From Takakia lepidozioides (lineage: Eukaryota; Plantae; Bryophyta): a stretch of 64,000 nucleotides of DNA. Positions 38,734 to 50,705 of the stretch are shown here, in pieces. Made by a program: the position numbers and the translations under genes. Position 1 is the first letter of the stretch; every line of letters starts with the position of its first letter. Location of the stretch: positions 1,798,001 through 1,862,000 of the forward strand of contig CM060734.1 of assembly GCA_030704615.1 (NCBI GenBank), written 5' to 3'. Under the pieces are notes generated by a model. It saw nothing but the letters and a program-made list of their open reading frames with translations. It was not told the DNA's origin and searched no databases.

Positions 38734-41700
38734 TGTCAAGTTATTTTACCACTAGTGTGAAGTTAGCTAGGAAATAGCTAGCTTTTATATATTGACATTT
38801 GGGATTGACCCAAGTGTCAATCCAGGGGCCAATACATGTTTGGGCACCTGGCGTTGTTATCTTCACGGCAGATCGCGGTGGGCTTATCTTTCTCGAGTTG
38901 AGCCTCACTGCGTCTAGCTATGGCGCCGTAGTGTGGATTCCCCATGGCGTGGGGTGCACTTGGCTCGACTTAATATATGAGTGATGTTTTCATGTGCAAG
39001 TATGTGAGTTTGAGAGAGCTTGTATGCTTGTATCATTCCTTTCTTTATCACTCGAGAAAGATCAGCTCGAGTATGTGAGTGCCAGGTTCGAGTTATTTTG
39101 TAGCACTTGTGTTTTCCTGAGAAGCGGTTCAGCCTAGAGTGCAGGGATCCGTGCATGAGCCTATCCAAAGTGGATAGAGTGCAAAGGTGAACAGGTTGCA
39201 GGTTTGCAATGGATAGAGAGGCGGGTAGCCTATGTTGAAGAGCGGCGTTGCATAGCTCAACACTATGGCAACCAAGTTTGGGCTTCTAGTGTGAAGCGGA
39301 GGAGATGCTGGCCACGAGTGGGCAAACTGGTGGTCGTCTTCTTCAGCTGCAGGCCGAGTTAAGGAGCTGCAGAAATGTGGGCTGCGCATGGACATCTAGC
39401 ATGTTGCAGGTTGGAGATGACATGATGAGCTCCAGGTATTTCTGCCCGAAACTAGATGTTGCGGGTAGATGAGGAGCAACCGAATGGTGGAGCTGCGAGG
39501 GGATGCATCGCAGCCCGTTGGGAGCTTCAGCTCCAAGCTCATGAAGAGGTATGAGTGAAGAGAGGGGGCTGGTCCCTCTTGTGTGCAAATCAGTGCACTG
39601 ATGAAACATGTGCTGAGTTGGAGTTTCAATCTGAAACTCAGCAGTGTAAGGGTTCTTGGAGTGGCAAGAGCGGGGCTAGAAGGGCAGCAACGAGGCGCCC
39701 TAGAGCGAGGGGATATGCATGAGAAGTGCAGGTGCACCAAGCTTGTAAAGGTGTGTATTTTCAGATTCGTTTTGTGAGCTTCATGAAGAAAGGGAGCTTG
39801 TTGGGCAGCATATAATTTGCTTGTTGAGTTGGGGGCACTTCTAGTGGGCCGTGAGAGCTCAGGAGTGTAGAGCGACAGGGCTGATGGCTCCGCAGAAGCC
39901 ATAGCTCGGCGGCAGCAGGTGCAGGAGCAAACCCCAGCTCGGGGAGAGCTCGGGAACGCGTGGGAACACCGGGAATGCCTCGGGAACGCATGGGGACTCG
40001 TTGGGAGTTCCAGGGAACGCAGGGAATAGTGACCGTGATGGGCCGTTAGGGCGGTATCACGAGATACCACGAGCCCAGGTCGTGATGGTTGACCGTGACC
40101 ATTGGAAGTCGTGGTGCGGACACAACGGGTGGGCACGGTGACCAGATCGTGGGGATGGCGGGCCGTGAAGGCTCGTGGGAGTGGTAGCACGGGGTATCAC
40201 TGGGCAGCCCGTGGCCAACAAGTGACTAGGGCGGGCCGTGAGGAGTAGTGGCGGTTAGAGCCACGGAAGGCCGCGAACAGGAAGAGTGAAAAAAAATAAA
40301 AAAATTAAAAAAATAAAAAATCACTCGTTTCGTGGGACCTTGATGGGGAGGTTGGGCTCTGAAGAACAATGGTTTTGAGCTAGCTGATCCGGCAGAAAAG
40401 TCGGAATTGCCTTCCTGTTGCGTTTTAACAAAGGGGATTACTTCCCTGCAGGTAATTTTTTTCGGGTTTTCAGCCCAGTTCTTAACTATGGGGGAGACCA
40501 GCCTGCAGGTAATTCCTTTGAACAGAATGTCGTTGGGGCCTATATGTACCTCTATTTGCTCCATTTTTGAACCTTCGGTGAACGGCGTTGTTTCCTGAGG
40601 TGGTTCCATTCTGAGGAATGACTGGTGGACGTAAGGAGGCACTGGCGGCCCCTGTGGAGGCTTGCATGGGGCCTTGGAGGCCAAGTTTCATGAGCTCGTG
40701 GAGGGCGGTTTGAGGAGTGTCTACAGGATGCTCTCATGGTCATGCAAGTGAGAGAAGAGAGGAAAAAAGAGGGTGTTGGGACGAGAGCGTGCTGGGGATA
40801 GGCATTGCTTTAGCTTCCCTTCCTCGTAGCTTTCCACCTTCTCTGTAGGCCGAGACCTTTCCGTAGGTGGAGGCAAGAGTCAGTCCGGGTTTGGGCTGGG
40901 TTGCAGGAGCGACACTGTGGAGAGATTTTCGGTTTGGGGGAGTTGTTGTTTTCATTCTTGTGTTTGGATCCCCTCCACACCTGCATGCTTGATTGTGCGC
41001 CATGCTAGTTTTGTGTGGGTGCTTGATTTTACAGGTGGTGGACTCGGGCTTGATCGCCGATCCCACCCTAGAGCATGCTGTCGATGGTGAGGCTGGGTTG
41101 ATGACCAGTCAGACCATCTTTGTTTCTCCTGTGGTGAGGTTGGAGGTGATGACCAGCCAACCATAGGAGTGCTTGCGGTGGATGCAGGTGCAGGTGCAGG
41201 CTATGTTAGGAACCTAGTATTCCAAACCATAAGCCGCATCAGGATCTCTACCCGGATACCTTGTGGAGAGGGGGTTAGAGACATGTTGATGACCGGTTGA
41301 GTGTCAGTTTGTCAACACGGAGGTGCCACTAGTTGCTGGGGAAAGTGCCGGTACGAGCACTAGCGATACTAGCGGGTATACGAGACGAGGTGTGCGGTTT
41401 AGGCCACCTTCACCTCCTGTGTCTTCTACGGAAGGTTCTGATTCGGATTGTGAATCAGGAGGACTCACACCAGCGGTGCAAGTTATTTCCTTGCCATTGT
41501 TGTGGGACACGATGGAGGAGATGTACGGAGCCACTAAGGGGCCACGAAGGTACTCTGGGGCAGTGGGTACCATTGAGTTGGATGATTTTATCCAAGAGTT
41601 TGATAGTTGGTGTGACTTGCAGCAAATGCGCAATCCACAACTGTTTACGCCTTTTATGGCATGGAAAGGGCTGTTTCAGCACCTTGAGGGGCCGCCCATG

Positions 41701-44094
41701 GATGATTACCATGAGTTTAGGCGGGGGCACGATGTTTAGATCGAGGAGTGGAGGATGTACTGGTCACCTGACTATGTCTCCATCACTAGAGGGACAAGGG
41801 CAGCAGCCATACCGGCAGCTTCCACGAGCAGCAGTGGGACTAGTGGTACAGAGGCTACGTCGTCCACCCAAGCTACTGTTGCACCAACACCAGTGGCGGT
41901 GCCTGCCTTCAACCCCGTTGTGGACTACCTCATCGTGCTCAAGGCAACAAGGGGGCTCAGGTGAAGCCCAGGGAAGGGTAGAGAGGACCTCAGATGCAGG
42001 GGTCTCTCCCTTCATTTGCTGGCCAACAACAAGCGGATGTGGTGTGCTGGACATGTGGAGGACCCCATGTCAAGAAGGATTGCCCAGAGGGAGGCAATGG
42101 TTTGGTACCGACACAGCCTGCACAGTTGCAGTGTGGGTATTGTGGCAAGTACGGGCATGGAGAAGCCCAGTGCTATGGTTTGCATCCTGAGTTGCGCCCA
42201 GGCCAGTTCCAAAGGAACAATGGTGGCTGGGGGCAAGGTGGAGCAGCCCAGAGAGGACGAGGTGGCCAGGCACGAGGTGCAGGCCAAGGGCAAGCTCAAC
42301 GTCCAAGGACGCGGAGGTCAGGGTGGTGACCAAGGCATGGCCAACCGGCTTCAGCAGCTAGAGCAGAGGCTCGCTGCCATGGCCACAGCTCAGGTGGTAC
42401 CGGCTCCAAGGCCGGATGGTCCACCTCCTGCTCCTGGAGGAGGAGACTTGGGAGGCATGGGATTCATGTGCGGGGCAGCACTACCACTAGTGAGGGGTGC
42501 CACTACCACTATCACTATGTGCGGGGGAGGACTACCACTAGTGCAAGTGGAGTCAGCTGCGGCAGTGACTCGAGGAGCAGCACGAGTTCCTGAGCCACGA
42601 GGTGTGGAGGTGGAGTTGGATCCACAGCGTGGGGAGGCAAGCCATCAGGCCAGGCTTCCTCAGTCATTCACATTGGCGGAGACAGTGTCGACGCCGTCCA
42701 TGGTACCTAGTTCTCGTCCGACTGTTACCGAGGCGGAGGTTACTATGCCAATGGGGAGAGCTACACGGGCAGCACCACTACCTAGTGTTGCCAAGGCTAC
42801 GGCAGCTAGTGTGCTGCTGGGGACGGCCATAGCTGTGTGCCATGCTCCATTGTTCTCGGCTACCATGATTGCGACGTCGGGGGTAAGACCAGCTGAGGTG
42901 TTCAGGCTGGCAGCTACACTCTGTGAGAGTGGGGAGGTTACTTCAACTTCTGCGGAGATAGTGGGAGGTGTAGTGCCGGAGGGATCCTCGGATGTGAGGG
43001 TCAAGACTGCCATGGCGGCGCCATGGCAAGCTGCCAGCTAGGCCAGCCATTGAGCGCGCCATGGTGACACCTGGAGTTGCCATGTTAAGACAACCAGGAT
43101 GACATTTTCTATTTGAGTGGACCGGCAGGCAAGAGGTACCGGCCACTGCGAGTCTTGTTGGAATCGGGAGCTCAGCCATTGATGCTGGGCAGAGCTGCTA
43201 TTGCAGGCTTGGGCCTCACGGAGGCGGATATGGAGCCGTGTCCTTTCCAGATACAAACATCTCTGGGAGGATCAGAGCAGGCTCGAGGCATGACACGGCG
43301 TGAGTTTGCTATCAGACTACAGCCGGATCATCCTACAGATGGCTCAGTGATGAGAGCCTAGGCCATTGTGACAGACGCGGTCTCGTACGACGTCTTTGTT
43401 GGTGGGGCAGTGTTGTACTCCATGGGCTTCACCCTAGATTTTTGGGAGGAGTCAGCTTCCTATAGGCTTGGATGGCAGTCAGGGGAGGGCCGGTGTGTGC
43501 AGCTCCCTGTGACGTTCATAGGAGGAGTTGCGGTTGCTCAGCAAGGCAAGATGCCAACACTGGCAACATTCACAGTTGCAGTGACTTAGCCTGGAGAGTT
43601 GTTGGATGACAACACTCATTCAGAGGATGTGTCACCTCCGGGAGAGCAGGATAACATGTATGGTATGGCGGAGTTGCCTGCCATGGTTGCTCACACTCCA
43701 TTGTGGGGTTCGAGCAAGGATTTGCAGCGGGTTACTGATTGTCGTGTGTAACAAGCCTGGGTAGAGGTTTTTGTACGGTCAGGAGAGGAGGAGAGTGCGG
43801 GTATTGCACCAGGACCACCTCAGTTGTCACCATTGGACACCATACCAATTGTGTGGCAGTGTCCGGATGAAGGCATTTGCCTTCTGGACTTGTTTGGCGG
43901 GATCAACACTAGGTTGGCTGCTGTTCTACAGGCAGGTGTACAAGTACGGCGGTACTTGTATGTGGAGAGGGATGAGACTACACGACACCTCTCCCTACGC
44001 CATGTTGCTCAGTTGGTGCAGCAGTACCCTGAGTTGTTGTCGGTGTCTGCAGTTCGTGGATATCAGCAGGCCTTGCCAGCAGACATTTCGTTGC
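38734..44094 (+). mobile_element. DNMT/PHD Gypsy element, copy 3 (subfamily B), truncated inside the DNMT domain
   Basis: A1 38734-39050, self-complementary primer site 39050-39066, cargo/leader, gag with ~350-bp internal deletion at ~41925, PR (LLESGAQP), DNMT motifs I-III; homology to copy 2 ends at 44094. Confidence 0.92.
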
Positions 44095-45850
44095 GGAGTA
44101 GGTGAAGGTGGCTTGGGCGTAGGTTGATAGCCAGGGATGCTTGCTTTGGCTTGAAGGGTTGCGGTGAGGATGTTTTTAGAGAGAAATGGGAATTTTGGTA
44201 GAGATAGTGTTGACCGCTTGTGGGGTGTCGGTAATGTGTTCCAGATGTGCACCCAGTATTTGATGAACATCTCCTGGTTTAGTTTGCAGTAGGTGGAGGG
44301 ATTCTTGAAGGTTATATAAATAGTGTGGTGGTGCTAGGTATTCATGGGGCTGTGCAGGTAGTTTTTGCAGTTGTTGTAGGAGCAAACATACATGCGTGTC
44401 TGGGTGGGTCTCAAAATAGTCATTGCATATAGAAGGGATCGGGGATACGGTGATGATTAGCGAGAAGAGGATATGTTGCATAGGGTATGCATGGAGTTTA
44501 TGGGTGACTTTCACTAGTGATGGGTTGTGGCAGGCTGATATACCGAAGGTGACTATTGGGTAGGTAGGTTTCCGGTTATTAGTGGGTGGGTTAAGAAAGA
44601 AGTGCGTGCTGAGGTGCTGGTATGAGGGGGTGAGTGAGACTGTTTTTGGTTGGAAGTATAAGTTATATTTTTTTTGGTGATCTTTGGGAAGTTTGTTTAT
44701 GATACTGGCGATGGTAGAGGGGCCTGGATTGGGGTGTATGTCACCACAACGGAGGGGTGTAAGCATTTCACATGCCCGTTTGTATTTTGTAAAATGGGAT
44801 GGTGGGTGATGGAGGGAGTGCTTGGATGGAGGGGGTTGGTGGTGGTACCGTCCATGTGGGCAGTGGGTTATGAGGTAGATGACGGGGGGTGGGGGTGTGT
44901 GGGATGTGGGTGTTATAATGATGTATAGTAATGTCATAGTGAGTGCGGGTGGAGCTGGTGGTTTGGGCGTGTATGGGGGATTTTATGATGTGGACATATG
45001 TGTGTAGACAAGCCAGGTGGTCCAGGAAATGAATAGGTAAGGAAGTATGTTTTAGATAGGGGGAGGGGAGGTGAGGTGGTCGTGTGGGTGGGTGAGTTTA
45101 GTTACATGCATGAGTGGAGTGATATCTAGCCGGGTAGAATGACGACTATGGGTCGCGATGTTATGATTGGGAGGATTTGGGTTGGAGGAGGACATGTGAT
45201 ATTGTCGTTTTTCCACTTGGCAATGTTGTGTTGAATGATTATGTGGGGTAGTAAGTGGGCTAATGAGGGTTGTGTTGTTGTAAACGGAGTACTGCGGGAC
45301 GCGAGGATTGAACGGGGGAGTTTGAGTGTAGGGTGTATTGGCGTAACAATACGTTAGAAGGTAAGTCATACAGGGGCCTTTAGTGTGGGAAAGGGATATA
45401 AATAATAGTGGCGATGGGCTGGGGTTGGGGATTAAGTGAAGGGGTTGGATGATAAAATGTATGGGTTTGGGGGGTATATATATAAATGAGGCTATAAGGT
45501 GATTGGACGAGGTACATGAATGGATGGTCTCGGGCATGGACGTGGATGAGGAAACTAGTGGATGAATGAAGTGGCGGTTAGGCGTTACGAGAGTTCGTGC
45601 GCTGGGGGGTTTGATATTGAGTGGGGGTACATGGCGTGTTTGGGTTACAGTGGGGGCAATTGGTGATGGGATGTAGTTGATAGAAGATGGATGATATGCC
45701 TCCGAAAGGAGGCGAGTAACGTAGTGACAGCAATAGATTTTGTAAAAATCATTGTATGAAAACATAGAGTAAAGATCATGGTGTAGAATTGTTTGAAGTG
45801 AGAACAGATCCTGGTGTAAAATCATTGTGTAAAAATCATGGTGTAGAATC
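44095..45850 (-). mobile_element. Probable 5' part of a non-LTR retroelement ORF with a 2A-like peptide
   Basis: A/C-rich sense strand; T/P/H-rich ORFs 44176-44937 and 45052-45852; LRCGDIHPNPGP at ~44719-44754; no EN or RT visible before the junction with copy 3. Confidence 0.5.
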
Positions 45851-46220
45851 ATGGTGTAAAATCATGGTGTAAAGATCATGGTGTAGAATTGTTGGCAACA
45901 TAGAGAACCAGTGTATCCGAGTAACTTGTGGAAAATAGAGTGGGTAGCAATAAAATGAGGTATCATTTTTCCAAGGTAACATTTTCTCAAGGTAACATTT
46001 TCCTAAGGTAACAATTCCCGATGGTAACATTTTCCCAAGGTAGCAATTTCCCAAGGGAGCCAGTAGTTCCGAGTATCTTGTAAAGAAGAGTGGGAACGTA
46101 CTGAGTGGCAATCGTTCGAGTTAGAGTGGTACAGTGAGGTAGCATTTTCCCAAAGGGAACCAGTAGCTCCAAAAATCTTGTAAAAGAAAGTGAGAATGTA
46201 CTGAGTGGCAATCGTTCGAG
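45770..46220. repeat. Short tandem repeats (ATCATGGTGTA[G/A]A; AAGGTAACATTTTCC) and a ~100-bp duplication
   Basis: Visible repeats at 45770-45890 and 45960-46055; 46040-46120 resembles 46140-46220. Confidence 0.85.
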
Positions 46221-47699
46221 AAATAGCCTGTAAGAGCACTTTGGGGGTTAGAGCAAGAATTATGGTACAAAACATATGAAGATATAACAGTACATGGGGA
46301 AAATGAGGCAAGAAGATCACAGTGTAAAACAGCAGGAGCATGTGCATCTGAGTTAGTAAGCTGTAGATAAACAGTAGGGGTGACGACAAGGAACGAGGCC
46401 TTGTCATATAGATGGGAAGAGAGGTACATGCTGGTCAGACATTGTTTGGTGTTGGTGTAAAAGCAGGTACGACTATGAGAGCACAGAACTATTATGTGGG
46501 AGGGCCAGGCATAATAGGGCAGGGGCAGGCCTGCTTTGATAGAGCCATGAGACCATTTACATTGGGTCTGATTTAAAGGAGCGGGCTTGACAAGCAGCAG
46601 ATGCATGGTGAAGTCAAGAGTCCTCAGCTTTGGAAAGGAATCATGCAGCATACAGTATGGCAGCACTAGTAAGGGAGAAATAGATAAGTCGAGGTGGTGA
46701 CCTGTGCTGAGACTAAGCTCAAGCGGATATAAATTGAGAGGTCTTGTACCTGGATAAGTAAATTTTGTTACCATGGGCGGTGGTTGACATGGGGAAGTCT
46801 GTTGAGATTGCTGGTCTTGAGCAGCAGAGTGCCTTTGGGGTTTGTGTGGCTGAGCCTGCTGGACAGTGGGTTGCCACTTAAAGTCGGGAGGCCATCTGGG
46901 ACATAACAACTGTACATCAGAGAGTGATGACAATACATTGTATGCAATGCGAAGTATTTTTATCAAGGAGGAGGGGAGTAGCCAAGACTGGGGAGAGGGG
47001 TGAGTGTGCTCCCTGAGAGTAAAGGGACATTGAGATGATTGGGGACAAAGGTGGAGCCGCCACTGCTGCCACTGCCAGGGCTCCATAGTGTTCTTACTGG
47101 CAGCTGCATTCCTGATGCTGGTGTGCTGGTTCTGTGGATGCATTGAGGCACGGGCAGGGACGGTAATCCAGCGGGAAGACATACAAGTGAAGGGAGTGGG
47201 TGAGCTGGAAAGGTTGAGAGGCCAGCAGTTAGGGGTGGCGCCGTCCATAGGGCAATGCTGCTTGGAAAAGAGAGTCGCTCGAGCATGGGAGTAGCTTTTG
47301 AAGTCCCAAACATAAGACAGAGCGCTGTTTGCTGCGACAGCAGGGCTCTTCATAGAGCAAAAATACTCAGACTGTTGTCTCGCATGAGTTGTGCTATGGA
47401 GCCTTTGCAGCAGTAAGTTACTGACGGCTGCAATCCTGTCATGTTTCCTGAAGCACTTGACATGCTTCTCTGATGGGATATGCCGAAGGTTGAGATCAAG
47501 GTGGAGAGGGTTGACGTCAAAATGGGAGGAGGCAAAAAGGCCCGCCTTGTGCTTGGAGTGAATACAGCCACTAACAGCAGCATTGCATCTGAGGCAGCGG
47601 GGGTGGAGTCTCATCAGCTGCCCATGCCGGAGCACCGGGGTGATAAAGTTGGTAGCTGCAGCTTGACGTGTATCGTTCATGCTCGCACAGTTGGCATAC

Positions 47700-49531
47700 A
47701 TATCTGCAGGGGCAGTCTCCAGGACGACATCTGTAGCAATTCCAGCTTTGACATGGCCATCCAACCTGGCCTGCTGCTTCTGCCGTGGAGGCAGGGGTAA
47801 TTCAACAAGAAGATCTCTACTTCAGAGGCCATAAGCATAATGAGAACCTGGGGAGGGACATTCATCAACAGGATGGGAGGCAATATAACTGAGTTCCTGC
47901 CATCTCTCAACATAACACCATGATCAAGTAGCTGCCCCTTCAGCTTCCTGTGATCGAACTCATAAGTTGTAAGAAATTCTATCAAGGTCCTCCAATGACG
48001 TGAGTTCATGAAAGCCACTGTACCGCATCCATTCTTAGCATATCCAGCTATCATTGTATTCCATGAGATCCCAGCTCGTTTAAGCATTGCATCAAACACA
48101 TGGCGTGCATCATTCAAGCTCCCGCATTTGGCATACATGGCAGAAAGGGCAGTCTTCAGATTGACATCTTGCATAATGCTAGCTTTGGTGATAACAACAT
48201 GAAACTCCTTGCCTGATACCTCAGAGAACATGTAAATGCCTGGCAGCCTATTTACAAGTTTGAGGCTGGAGACAGGAACATCTGAAACATTGAAACTGTT
48301 CATCCAACCACCTGTACTCCGATTCAGCTGGGTATTGTTCAAAACGACATTTGGTACATTTCCAGCTCTGATAATGTCGCCATGGACCAGAGCTGCCATA
48401 TTGCTTGCAAACGCACAACAAATGCACACAAACGTGCTGTGGTCTGGTTTCACCCCTTCCCCCATCATTTGATCATGGGTCTCCAAAGCCTCCATACCAT
48501 GTCCCTGCTGCGCATACCCTGCAAGCATCGCATTCCACGACACCACATCTCGTTCACCCATAGTGTCATACCCTCCCTTTGCCTCCTCAATGCACCCACC
48601 TTTCGCATACAAGATCACCAGGGTATAGTTCAGAATAACAGTTGGTACAATTCCAGCTCTAACGATGTCGCCATGGACCTCTTTGCCCTTTTCCAGAGCT
48701 ACCCGGGCAGTGTTCAAAATGACATTTGGTACAACTCCAGCCTGGATGATGTCAACATGCACCTCTTTGCGCTTATCCAGGGCCCAGGCTTGCCCAAGCA
48801 TTGCAAATGCATACAAACGTGATGTGGTTGGGTTTCACCCCTTCCCCCATCATTTGATCATAGGACTCCACGACATCTGTAACAATTCCAGCTTGGACAT
48901 GGCCAGTCGATCTGGCCTGCTGCTTCTGCTGTGGAGGCAGGGGTACTTCAACAAGAGGATCTTTGCTTAGAAGACCATAAGCATAATGAAAATCAATGAC
49001 AAAAAGTTGAGCCCCCAGGTGTAACTGGTGAACTATGGCATACAGATCAGCAAGGGCAGTCTTCAGAATGATATCAGGTGAGATTCCAGCTTTGATGATG
49101 TCAGCATGGACGCCTTTGTCCATTCCCAGGGCTGCAAGAGTGGCACACGTACTGAGAACACAAATGGGTGTTACATTGTCGGGCTGCACCCCTTTCCATT
49201 GCATTTGTAAGTACATCTCAAAAGTTTCCCTACCACAACCTTGCTGGGCATATCCTACAATGACCGAGCTCCATGAGACCACATCTCGTTGATTCATATT
49301 GTTGAACAGTACACGCGCTTCCTTCATGCCCCCGCATTTGGCCTACACATCAGCAAGGGTATTTTTCAGATTCATATATGATGGGATTCCAGCTTTGATG
49401 ATATCAGCGTGGACCTCTTTGCCCTTTTCCAAGGCACCAAGACTGGCACACGTATTGAGAACACAAATGAACGTGATCCTGTCTGGTCTCACACCTTCCC
49501 GTTGCAATTGCTCATAGATGGCTGGGAACAT
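47700..49531 (-). pseudogene. Rearranged PLS-class pentatricopeptide repeat fragments
   Basis: GVRPDRITFICVLNTCASLGALEKGKEVHADIIKAG, RDVVSWNAMLAGYAQQG, MYAKCGSLNDARHVFDAM; interleaved with unrelated sequence and a ~120-bp duplication (47725-47845 / 48871-48990). Confidence 0.85.
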
Positions 49532-50650
49532 GCCCCAAAGCGGTGAGTGTTTGACGGCAGGTGGCAGGCCATGTTGGAGGTTAGGAGAATCATACCAGCG
49601 CCCTTTGGGGGGTCTGTCGAGAAATTTGCCATCCTATGGTACAGCAGCTGGGTAACGAAATACGTTGGCCCCGATTCTAGGTCGAGCGGGGTGTGCTTCG
49701 TACCTTTCCATCACTGCCCCTTCCTTCCTGTTGTTGTCGTACTTGTACTGAAACTGTTTGTGGGGGTGGAGGCAGATTATGATGTCACTAATACCACTCA
49801 TATTATTGTTGTTCAAAACACCAGCCTGGCCAGCCACCATGCCTATCTGCCCAGCTCGTTTCTCCAAGAGCCTCCCCTGCGACCTTGTGCTCTCATTCAT
49901 GCCAGATCTGCGGCGTGCAAGGTTAGGGATCACTCCGCCAGATCTGCCAGATACCGCTCCTGAAACAGCACTAAACTGCATGTTGGGTTTAGCATTCAAT
50001 CCATCAGCCTGGGAATCACAGCTGAGGTACTGAGTAAGGAGGCGACCTTGGGGGAGAATCGTCCCATGGAATGCCTTGAAGCCAAAAGGGGCCAGTCTGA
50101 AATAAAATTGCCCTGATGGGTTGCGTTGCCATAAAAGCTCAGCACCCCGCCACTGCCTGGCGATGAGTTGCCCTGCAACGGCGCCAAACTTATGTCCTCG
50201 GTGGTTATCTGTTGTTGAAGAGCTCTGGGGGCAGGTTGCGTGGCAGACACCAGCTGTGAGGGCTCTTGCGGTGTACTCATAAGCTGCAGATTTAGCGTTG
50301 CACACCTTGGTCCATTTTGTGACCTCTTTCGCTGGGAACAGGGTACAGCCAGGCATGTAAAACAGTCGATTGGAAACACCAGGGGGATGTCGTTTGTACC
50401 GCTCCAGATGGAGATCGAACATGGTGTAGTGCAAGGTCTTCAAAACATGTAGCAAGCATCGTGCGAAGAGATCTTCAAGCAAGTGGGTTTGTGTATAGCC
50501 CAAAGTAGACACTAGTCTGCAGACGGGAAAATGGGCACCTTGCATAGTTCTAGGATAATCATAGTGTCCCGCACTTCGTTCCAGAAAATCGCAGAAGATA
50601 CATAGTGAATACGGGGTGGGGAGAACGAAACTTGTAAGGGCGCCCGCAGC

Positions 50651-50688
50651 AAACCCTAAACCCTAAACCCTAAACCCTAAACCCTAAA
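50651..50688 (-). repeat. Interstitial plant telomeric repeat (TTTAGGG)5
   Basis: AAACCCT x5 on the + strand. Confidence 0.95.
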
Positions 50689-50705
50689 AAAACCTACGAA
50701 AGTAC

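Noticed and set aside
38727-38740. Flank CAGC before copy 3 recreates CAGCTGTC, suggesting site-specific insertion or a retained GC
   Set aside because: CAG is the expected Gln codon of the host element's PFQ, and the other flanks (ACAA, ATAG, AATG) share no consensus; single observation.
46121-47764. 547-aa ORF as a gene
   Set aside because: No recognisable domain; starts in a chimeric PPR duplicate and ends in tandem repeats.
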